Below, one piece after another: positions 9,850-18,067 of a stretch of DNA of 64,000 nt (position 1 is its first letter; every line of letters starts with the position of its first letter). The stretch comes from Deltaproteobacteria bacterium RBG_16_49_23 (GTDB taxonomy: Bacteria; Desulfobacterota; BSN033; UBA1163): contig MGQQ01000132.1 in assembly GCA_001798855.1 (NCBI GenBank), forward strand, positions 4,421 through 68,420, given 5' to 3'. Position numbers and translations under genes: made by a program. Under the pieces are notes generated by a model. The model worked only from the letters and a program-made list of their open reading frames with translations, was not told the DNA's origin and ran no database searches.

Positions 9850-9978
9850 TTTACGGAAAACCTTGCCCCGTCAGTTCCCTAACATTTTAAAAATTCTCCT
9901 TCTCAAAACCATCGGAGTAACTTAACCCTGAGCGGCGCTTCTTAACCCCGTCTTCAAAAGTTGGGCTTTGCGCCACCA

Positions 9979-10000
9979 AATGGGTCAAACCCATTTTTTC
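9979..10000 (+). terminator. Rho-independent terminator after the acs operon
   Basis: The hairpin AATGGGTCAAACCCATT is followed by a T-tract. Confidence 0.6.
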
Positions 10001-10283
10001 CTGAACACTTCGCTTCCCAAAAGTTTAAAAAAGGTGTATATTACAATTTGCAATCCGTATTTCACGATTAATAACTCTGATTCTGAGGGCAGATAATTTT
10101 TTCAATAATTATGTTTCTACAATTTTACATTATTAAAAGTTAAATTATACTTCAAGAAAGGTCTATTAGCAGCCAGTTGGGGATTAAAAAAAGCCTTTTA
10201 AAAGGCTAAACCTTTTGATCTTCAGAAAAAATAAAGTAGGAACATAAAAAATAACGTTGGGTGATGAGAGGATAGATAAAACT

Positions 10284-11216
10284 ATGACCAAAAAACAACG
10301 GATGGTGCACAAACAGGAGTTTGTGAAAGTTCTATCTCATTTTGTATCAGGACTGGGAAAATATGTTTCTTCGGATGATGGTTAGTGGGCAGTCAAAGGC
10401 TTCATTGACATATACAAAAACATCTACACGATCAGCTCAGATACGAAGATAGTTTCAAAGATATTGGAGATTCATCTTTTCCCAAAGATACTTCAATTCG
10501 CAGAAGACAATGGCTATTCCATAGTCCTCGCCGAGCACCAGAACTGGTATCCCGATTTCAGCTTCGTCAAGAAGGACAACCAGGCCCTCAAGTTCGCCGT
10601 TGACCTTAAGACTGCGTATAGGGATCCGGATTTTCCTGGGCATGTAAACGGCTTCACCCTTGGAAGTCATGGTGCCTATTTCAAGGACCGGTCGTCTACC
10701 AAAAATATCCAATTCCCCTATGCTGACTTTGAAGGGCACTTTTGTCTCGGTATCATCTACACAAGAGCAGACTCTAAGGACTTGGGCGAAACAGAAGTTA
10801 TCCGGGTGAAGGAACTGGAAGATGAGGGAAATGATAAAAATCCTCGCAAGTACCGAGTCACCCAGGTCGAGAACCTTCGCTCAATTGCCTCTGTCGTCAA
10901 AGACTTCCAGTTTTTTGTCTGCGAGAAGTGGAGGTTAGCATCCGATCGACAAGGATCAGGAAACACTGCAAACATTGGGTCAATCACATGGATAGGGGAC
11001 ATTTTGGTCGGGAATGGTATGTTTGGAAAACTCGGTGAGAAGTGGTTCGATGAGTATTTGATGAACTATGGAGTCACAACAATGATGAAGCAAGGTAAAG
11101 CAATCCCGATACGGTCTCTTGAGGATTTTTTGGACTTCAAAGTAGGTGACAAAAACAAGATTGTGCCCTTGAGATCGAAGAAGAAGTTGCGGGGCGAGGA
11201 GGGTCTATGCGAGTAA
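10284..11216 (+). pseudogene. type II restriction endonuclease (PD-(D/E)xK) interrupted by an in-frame amber codon
   Basis: ATG 10284 with the RBS GAGAGG opens a frame that reads MTKKQRMVHKQEFVKVLSHFVSGLGKYVSSDDG, then TAG at 10383-10385, then WAVKGFIDIYKN...YPDFSF...VDLK... continuously. The only in-frame start after the stop is a weak TTG at 10464 with no RBS. A PD...D-L-K nuclease motif is present and the 3' end overlaps the methyltransferase gene. Confidence 0.6.
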
Positions 11217-12154
11217 TCGTCCCTCCGATAAAGAGCCAGGGTATTAAGACAAAACTTGTACCCTGGATCCATGCTTTAGTGCCTGCAGTACGTGGGCGAT
11301 GGATAGAACCATTCTTGGGCACCGGAGTTGTTGCATTTAATTCTGGGTTCCGTAAAGCACTTCTAAGCGATATCAACCCGCATGTTATAAGATTCTATCA
11401 AAAGGTCAAGGAACGCGAGATTACCCCGTCCTCGGTTCGGAGATTTTTAGAAACCGAAGGACAGCAATTGAGAGAAGCGTCGGAAGATGGCTACGCTTAC
11501 TTTAGACTTGTCAAAAATCGATTTAATACTTCGCAGAATCCTTTGGACTTCCTCTTTCTCTCACGGACTGGGTTCAATGGTATGATGCGTTTCAATCGAA
11601 ATGGTGAATGGAACATTCCCTTCTGTCAAAAGCCTGACCGATTCAATCGTTCCTACATTACCAAAATTGTCAATCAGGTTCACGATGTTGCTTGCCTAAT
11701 TCAACCAGAATGGGAATTCATCGTGGCACCTTTTGAGAAGGTGATTCCTTTGGCCACCAAGGACGACATCATCTACTGCGATCCGCCGTATCTGGGTAGG
11801 TATGTTGATTATTTTAGTGGATGGACTGATGAAGATGAAAAGAGATTGTTTGACCTCCTCTGCAAGACGCCAGCGCGTTTCATACTCTCCACCTGGCACC
11901 ACAATGATTTTCGCGAGAATCTAATGATTCATAAACTGTGGAACAAGTTCAATATTGTTACGCGTGATCATTTCTATCACTCGGGCGGTAAGATTGAAAA
12001 CCGCAGAGCTATTGTAGAGGCTCTCATCTTCAACTTTTCCGCAAACATCCGAATACACAATTACGGCGTTGAGCCGAAGCCCGAACAGCTGGTTCTATTC
12101 GAAGAAAGGGTGGAATACATCACCCAACAATTGAGTCGAGCTGACATTGTATAG
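11207..12154 (+). CDS. Dam-family (D12 class) N6-adenine DNA methyltransferase
   Basis: It has the FxGxG SAM motif (PFLGTGVV) and the DPPY catalytic motif (IIYCDPPYLG). It overlaps the restriction endonuclease gene by 10 nt, the classic R-M coupling arrangement. Confidence 0.85.
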   Translation: MRVIVPPIKSQGIKTKLVPWIHALVPAVRGRWIEPFLGTGVVAFNSGFRKALLSDINPHVIRFYQKVKEREITPSSVRRFLETEGQQLREASEDGYAYFRLVKNRFNTSQNPLDFLFLSRTGFNGMMRFNRNGEWNIPFCQKPDRFNRSYITKIVNQVHDVACLIQPEWEFIVAPFEKVIPLATKDDIIYCDPPYLGRYVDYFSGWTDEDEKRLFDLLCKTPARFILSTWHHNDFRENLMIHKLWNKFNIVTRDHFYHSGGKIENRRAIVEALIFNFSANIRIHNYGVEPKPEQLVLFEERVEYITQQLSRADIV

Positions 12155-12220
12155 TGTTGCGTGCATCACCATGCCCCTCATTCATGACGTTGATCGCACA
12201 CCAGGGATCGGGGTGGCTCT

Positions 12221-13881
12221 GTGGGAGAAGACCAGGCTATGAGCGCGGAAGAGGCCGAGCTAAAGGTGGCCATTGAGCGCGTTCTGAGCTCGCCAAGTCG
12301 CAAGAAGCTTGTGGTCGCGGGGCCCGGCACCGGCAAGACCAGTCTATTCCGGCAGATGCTCGAGTTGGCCGACGGTGAGCCCGATCGATGCATTGTTCTA
12401 ACCTTCATCAACAACCTCAAAGATGACCTTGAAGACGAGCTCTCGGGGCTGGCCGAAGTCTTCACTCTCCACTCGTACTGCCTCGGCCTTCTGTACCGCA
12501 ACGCGACACTCAGAGCCCGCTTGTCAAAGAGCTTCCGGTGCTGTCCCGGCCTCGGAAGCCTTATCAGGGAGGACTGGGAGATTATCGAGAAGTGCAAGGC
12601 GCCGCACTTCATCCGCGAGATGCGCAACATAGAGGAGGAGAACCATATCCCCTTCTACTTGGCGCGTGGGGAGTACTACGACGCCGTCGATTTCGACGAC
12701 ACCGTCTATCGGGTCTACGAGGGCCTGACGTCCGGCGGTGCTGTGCTTGATAGCTACGACCTCGTCTTGGTCGACGAGTACCAGGACTTCAACCGCTTGG
12801 AGGCAGGGTTCATCGATCTCCTGGGACAGGAAAGCCCGATCCTGATTGCAGGAGACGATGATCAAGCGCTCTTCAGCCAGCTGCGTGATTCGAGCTGGAA
12901 CTACATCCGCTTGCTTCATCAAGCTGGCGAATACGAGGTCTTCAATCTGCCGTTCTGCATACGTTGCCCGAAGGTGGTCGTGGATGCGGTAAGCGATGTT
13001 CTCGCGCGGGCTCAAGAATTACACAGACTGGAGGGAAGAATCGAGAAGCCGTACAAGCATTTTCCTCCATTGAAGGGAGCTGACAGCGCGATGTATTCCA
13101 AGATCGCCCTCGTCGAGACGACAGTGCAACGAGAGACTGCGAACTACATGGGACGGTATATAGAGCAGGCCATTGCGAACATCCCCGGCGATGAAATCGA
13201 GGAAGCCGCAGCTGGCGGCTACCCTGCCGTGCTCGTAATCGTTGCACAGCCCTATCGCAGCCAAATCATCAGTCACCTTGAAAGCGTCCAATACGCGTCG
13301 ACACAAGGCGAGATTCCAAGGACAAGCTGGATCGCGAGCTGGGACTGTCGATTCTGAAAGAAGACCGGGGGTCGAATCTCGGGTGGCGAATCATGCTGAG
13401 CGTTGATGCGCCGTCCTTCCGCGCAGACGTCATCGCTCAGACAGTGGACGGTACTCAGCGTTTTGTCGACATCCTCCCAATTGACTTCCGCGACAATGTG
13501 CTGACTGATGTTGATGCCTATGAGCCTCCCGCGGAGGATTCCGAAGATGAGCCAGCTGCCACACCTGGAGGATCGCTACCCGTGAAAGTTACGTCTTTCG
13601 AGGGGGCCAAGGGGCTTTCAGCCCAGCATGTGTTCATTGCGGGCCTGCATGATTACGAGTTGCCACGTAATCCAGGAGCAATCGAGGACCTTGAGATCTG
13701 CAAGTTCGTGGTTGGCCTTACCCGCACTCGAAAAAAGTGTACGCTCCTCTACACGCGTAACTTCGCAGGCGGGTGGAAGTCACCCTCTTCGTTCATTTCT
13801 TGGATTGACAAGGCTCGACTGGAGCACATCAAGGTGGATGCGGTATACTGGAAGAAGACCAGCGGTCAGGGAGGACAGTGA
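12221..13881 (+). pseudogene. UvrD/Rep-like superfamily I DNA helicase split by an apparent single-base frameshift near 13316-13320
   Basis: ORF 12221-13357 carries Walker A (AGPGTGKT) and motif II (VLVDEYQD). ORF 13393-13881, in another frame, carries motifs V and VI (VTSFEGAKGLSAQHVFIAGL, VGLTRTRKKCTLLY). The second frame is open from 13282 and reads through ...KDKLDRELGLSILKEDRG..., so a +/-1 indel joins the two. GC is about 60%, against about 42% for the neighbouring R-M genes. Confidence 0.6.
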
Positions 13882-14044
13882 GCGGTAGATATCAAACCAT
13901 TGGATCTTTAATCTTGATATTTGGATCAAAAGAAAGATTGGATAATGTGTCTAATTCTAAAACATCAAAGTACAAGACCCGTCCCCTAAATGATTAGCGG
14001 GATTATTTTCTATCTGGGGTAAATATTAATTCAAACATATGGGT

Positions 14045-14293
14045 TTATTTTGCATATTTTGAAAAGGACCCACGTTTAATCGTTCCTCTCTGCGATAATC
14101 CTTTCTTAATTTTTTCCAAAGCAACCTTGTTTTGGTAAAGCCATACCTCCCGTGCCGGAATCTCCACCATAGGCTCCAGAATAATCCTGTCATTTTCCTT
14201 GTATGCTCTAACAGAGCTGATCTTTCCGCCTGGAAGAAGCTTTGTTAAAGAAATCCTCTTTTTTGAATCGACGGTTACTTTGATCGTTTCCAT
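14045..14293 (-). CDS. AbrB/MazE/SpoVT-type DNA-binding protein (orphan antitoxin-like)
   Basis: An 82-aa protein beginning METIKVTVDSKKRISLTK, with a swapped-hairpin-like N-terminus. No toxin partner is adjacent. Confidence 0.5.
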   Translation of the reverse strand: METIKVTVDSKKRISLTKLLPGGKISSVRAYKENDRIILEPMVEIPAREVWLYQNKVALEKIKKGLSQRGTIKRGSFSKYAK

Positions 14294-14361
14294 TTTACTC
14301 CTTTCTCGCTTTCGGGTTAATCATAAACAATAAGTGGGAATACCCACATTATTTATTTTCA

Positions 14362-14518
14362 GTAAACCCCGTTAGAAATTCCAGCGGGGCATTAAACCCC
14401 GCCCTGCCTACCGGCAGGCAGGCGGAATTATTCTAAAACCTAACCCCGCTGCAGCCGCCGGCCAAGAGGGCCTCTGGCTCGGAGGGAGCAGCGGGGCATT
14501 ATTTCTAACGGGGTAAAC
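14362..14518. mobile_element. MITE-like element with terminal inverted repeats and a GTAAAC(C) direct flank
   Basis: Left end GTAAAC|CCCGTTAGAAAT, right end ATTTCTAACGGG|GTAAAC. There are internal palindromes (CCTGCCTACCGGCAGGCAGG) and a direct repeat AGCGGGGCATTA. Confidence 0.5.
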
Positions 14519-14623
14519 CTTCCCCAAAACTTTTAAAATCTTTTCTTTCTTTTGCATTCTTAAGTATTTTGCGTTATCTTTTTCAAAGTGATCCCTCCAT
14601 GTTTTTGAAAGGGAAAAAAGTTT

Positions 14624-15730
14624 ATGCACTGTCGAATATTTATTTCCTCCTTTTGGGCTCTCTTTCTTTCCATATCGCTTTTCTTCTCCTCGGCCTCGGG
14701 AGAAGCGAAGCAGATGGGGTTTGCTATCCCCTTCCCGGACTTAACCTTTACTCAGAGTTTATCCAAAGAAGAGCAATCCTACCTTGGAATAACCAAAAAG
14801 ACGAAGTTTTCTTTCCGGGAGATCAAAGGGGATTTGATCCTCGTTGAACTGCTCAGCACCTACTGTGTCAATTGTCAGAGGCAGGCCCCGATCTTCACTG
14901 AATTATATTCATCCATTGAGAAGGATCCTAAATTAAAGGGAAAGGTGAAGATGATCGGAATTGCCGCCGGCAATAACCCTGGGGAAGTAGAGACCTTCAA
15001 AAAAGCGCATCAAATCCTCTATCCCATCTTCAGCGATCCCAAATTCGATGCCCATATGGCTGTCGGAGGTCCTCGAACGCCCTTCACCATCTGGGTGAGA
15101 AGGGATGCGCAGGGAAACGGGGTGGTGGTAAGCACCCATCTGGGTCTGACCGAATCGGCGGAGAATGTCCTTGCTGAAACAAGAGCCGTCCTCCAGTATA
15201 ACCTCGCCCTTCTGAAAACAAAGAAAGGCGCCATCTATGAAGGCGATGCCTTGAAACCTCCCCTTACAGAAGAAGAGTTATTAAAAAGGGCAAGAAAGGG
15301 AATGGAGGCGTCCGGAGGAAAAGTCCTTCAGATTGAAAAGATCACCCTCAAGGATGGCGACTGGCTCTATGCAGGAAAGGTCGATTGGGGAACCCGCCAG
15401 GAGAATCTCTTCTCAAAACTGGCAAGCCGCCGGGCCGTCTGTGATATCTGCCATGACACCTTTTTCATTTATACCTTCGATTCAACGGGAAAGGTGGTTG
15501 ATATTGTCCCTGTCCAGTTGACTAAAATCGATAATCTCCATTGGACAGATGAAGATATCAAAAAATTGAAGAGCCGGACCGTCGGAAAATCGATCCTCAA
15601 ACCCTTCACCTTCGACGCCAGAGTCGATTCCATTTCAGGAGCAACAATCACCGCCGTCCTCATTTTCGACAGCCTCGATAAAGCCAAAGAAATCTTTGAG
15701 GAAATGAAGAAAGAAGGATATGTCAAATAA
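14624..15730 (+). CDS. secreted thioredoxin-fold (TlpA/ResA-like, CxxC) protein fused to an FMN-binding domain
   Basis: It has a signal peptide and a thioredoxin-fold motif (STYCVNCQRQ). The C-terminal FMN-binding motif (SISGATITAVLIFDSL) resembles NqrC/RnfG flavinylation sites. Confidence 0.7.
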   Translation: MHCRIFISSFWALFLSISLFFSSASGEAKQMGFAIPFPDLTFTQSLSKEEQSYLGITKKTKFSFREIKGDLILVELLSTYCVNCQRQAPIFTELYSSIEKDPKLKGKVKMIGIAAGNNPGEVETFKKAHQILYPIFSDPKFDAHMAVGGPRTPFTIWVRRDAQGNGVVVSTHLGLTESAENVLAETRAVLQYNLALLKTKKGAIYEGDALKPPLTEEELLKRARKGMEASGGKVLQIEKITLKDGDWLYAGKVDWGTRQENLFSKLASRRAVCDICHDTFFIYTFDSTGKVVDIVPVQLTKIDNLHWTDEDIKKLKSRTVGKSILKPFTFDARVDSISGATITAVLIFDSLDKAKEIFEEMKKEGYVK

Positions 15731-16742
15731 TTTGATGAAGGGGAGATTTTTTCGCCTTCCTTTTCCTCTCTTCTTCTTTATCCTGTCCATTTATCCCCTT
15801 CCCTCCCATTCCTCAAATCTATACAAATATCACCAAATCGCTATGGGGACTGTAATCGAGATCACGCTCCAAACCGATGATGAAGAAGGAGCCAAAAAGG
15901 CAACCCTCCAGGCTTTTCAGGAAATAAAGAGGATCGAGCAATTGATGAGCCCGTGGATTTGGACGAGCGATGTCTCCCATCTTAACCGCTTTGCCGGAAA
16001 GGATTGGGTCAAGGTCTCTCCGGAGACATTCGATGTCATTCAGAGGTCACAGAAGATTTCCGGACTTTCCGAAGGTGCATTTGATATCACCATCGCCCCC
16101 CTCATACAGCTCTGGAGAAAAGCAAGGGAGAAGGAAGTCCCTCCTCCTTTCGAAGAAATAAAGAAGATTTTGGGCCTGGTCAATTTCAGAGATATATTCA
16201 CCCGTTCCGATGGGGAAGTCTTTTTGAAAAAGAGAGGAATGGCTATTGATTTAGGTGGAATTGCTAAGGGCTATGCCGTAGACAGGGCCTTCGAAATCCT
16301 AACCTCTCTCGGATATAAAAATCTCATTGTCAACGCAGGCGGAGATTTGAGGGCCGGAGGTTTAAAAAATAGTGCACCCTGGTCGATCGGGATTCAGGAC
16401 CCGAGATCGGCCGGGAAGGTCATGGCAACGATTTCCGTGTCCAACTCGGCCGTCGCCACTTCGGGAGATTATGAAAAATTCTTTTTCCATCAGGGGAAAC
16501 GGTATCATCATATCCTCAATCCAAAAACGGGTTTTCCGGCGGACGCTTGCCGGAGTGTCACGATCCTCTCTGAAGATGGGATGACAGCAGATGGACTCGC
16601 CACAGCCGTTTTCGTTCTTGGCGCTGAAAAGGGGTATGCTCTGTGCCAAAGGCTTCAAGGTGTGGAATGTTTCATCGTGGATAGGGAGGGAAGGGCGGTG
16701 ATGACCTCCGGGTTGAATGAGCGTATTTCTTTCAATCCTTAG
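15720..16742 (+). CDS. apbE: FAD:protein FMN transferase (ApbE/Ftp)
   Basis: It carries ApbE family motifs (...GGIAKGYAVDRA..., ...ATSGDYE...) and has a signal-like N-terminus. Confidence 0.85.
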   Translation: MSNNLMKGRFFRLPFPLFFFILSIYPLPSHSSNLYKYHQIAMGTVIEITLQTDDEEGAKKATLQAFQEIKRIEQLMSPWIWTSDVSHLNRFAGKDWVKVSPETFDVIQRSQKISGLSEGAFDITIAPLIQLWRKAREKEVPPPFEEIKKILGLVNFRDIFTRSDGEVFLKKRGMAIDLGGIAKGYAVDRAFEILTSLGYKNLIVNAGGDLRAGGLKNSAPWSIGIQDPRSAGKVMATISVSNSAVATSGDYEKFFFHQGKRYHHILNPKTGFPADACRSVTILSEDGMTADGLATAVFVLGAEKGYALCQRLQGVECFIVDREGRAVMTSGLNERISFNP

Positions 16743-17389
16743 TTGGAAATATGAAGGAAGTCCAATACTCCTAAATGGTCGCTAATGTGGAAATCGGCTT
16801 CGATCCCTCCATTTTTATAAGCGATAAACGGAACGCCTGATGAACGAGCGGTCTGCTGGTCCACCTCTGAATCTCCTATAAAAAAAACCTCCTTTTTATT
16901 TAAGTTAAAGTTCCGCAGGATCTTCTCAATCGATTCGGGATGGGGTTTCGGATGTTTTACATCGAGGGCGGTCACCACCATCTCAAAAAAAGGCCATAGC
17001 TCAAACCGGTCCATAATATGCTTCATCGAGGTCGTGCGGTTGGTATTGATGGCGCGAAGGATCCCATTCTCCTTCAAGCTATTTAAAGCCTGAAAAAGGT
17101 GAGGTTCCATCTTCAGATAGACGATGTAATGTCTTAGATCGACCTGCTTCAGCGCCTCCAGGGCCTTCTTCTCCAGTTCGTTCCCCTTGCCGAAGATGAA
17201 ATGGATGGCCTCATAGACCGTATGGGTATGAACATACTGTATCTCCTCCTTCTTTAACGGATCCCGGCCGACGGCCACACAGAGGTCGTTATAGAGCCTT
17301 GTATTGGCCTCGATGGAATCGAAAAGGACGCCATCGCAATCATAAATCACGCAGCGTATCTTCCTGTTTTGAGTCTTAATGTCCGTCAA
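16739..17389 (-). CDS. HAD-superfamily hydrolase (phosphoglycolate phosphatase-like)
   Basis: The DCDGVLFDS motif I is present together with HAD motifs. Confidence 0.8.
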   Translation of the reverse strand: MTDIKTQNRKIRCVIYDCDGVLFDSIEANTRLYNDLCVAVGRDPLKKEEIQYVHTHTVYEAIHFIFGKGNELEKKALEALKQVDLRHYIVYLKMEPHLFQALNSLKENGILRAINTNRTTSMKHIMDRFELWPFFEMVVTALDVKHPKPHPESIEKILRNFNLNKKEVFFIGDSEVDQQTARSSGVPFIAYKNGGIEADFHISDHLGVLDFLHISN

Positions 17390-17431
17390 ACCTCCTCTTT
17401 TTTTCCCCTGTCTAATGTCTATGGTCTCTCG

Positions 17432-18067
17432 CTATAAACTTATTTCCTGGCCCACGAGCAGGAGCCCTTCTCTGATCGCTCCATCAATATAGTGACAGAC
17501 TCTGATCTCTTCACCTCGCTCGATCAGATAGAGGCAGTCATTGGTCTGTTCGATCTTGAGGGTCTTCTCCAGAGGGAATTCCAGAAACATCCCGATCAGC
17601 AGCCGGTTGACGACCCGGTGGCCGACAATCAGGATCTCCTCGCCTTCATGTTGATGCAAGATTCTTTCCATAAAAGGCTTTAATCGAAGGGCCACATCTG
17701 AATAATTCTCCGCTCCGGGAATCCGGTAGGAAAAACGGTCCTCTCTAAAACGGTTCCATTCATTCTTAAGCTCCTCATCAAATTGGAAAAGGTACTTCCC
17801 CTCCAGTATTCCGAAGGCAATCTCTTTGAGTTCGGCCTGTTTTAGAATGGGAAGCCCAAGATGCCGGGCAATGGGCTGGGCGGTGAGATAGGACCTCTGG
17901 AGATGACTGCTGTAGATGGCTCTGAGGGGTCGAGCTTTGAGATGTTCGAGCAGAGACAGACTCTGGGCGTAACCTAAGGGGCTCAGCTCTGGATCACTCC
18001 AGCCCTGAATCCTTCCCTCCGCATTCCACGTCGTCTCCCCATGCCTCGCAATGTAGATATTAATCAA
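17432..18067 (-). CDS. histidine phosphatase family protein (phosphoglycerate mutase-like)
   Basis: The RHGET(T)WN catalytic motif is at the N-terminus. Confidence 0.8.
   Translation of the reverse strand: MINIYIARHGETTWNAEGRIQGWSDPELSPLGYAQSLSLLEHLKARPLRAIYSSHLQRSYLTAQPIARHLGLPILKQAELKEIAFGILEGKYLFQFDEELKNEWNRFREDRFSYRIPGAENYSDVALRLKPFMERILHQHEGEEILIVGHRVVNRLLIGMFLEFPLEKTLKIEQTNDCLYLIERGEEIRVCHYIDGAIREGLLLVGQEISL

Noticed and set aside
12400-13310. Several long antisense and alternative-frame ORFs (for example 12524-13015 on the minus strand and 12942-13247 on the minus strand) inside the helicase gene
   Set aside because: These are artefacts of the roughly 60% GC helicase segment. The sense frame carries the helicase motifs.
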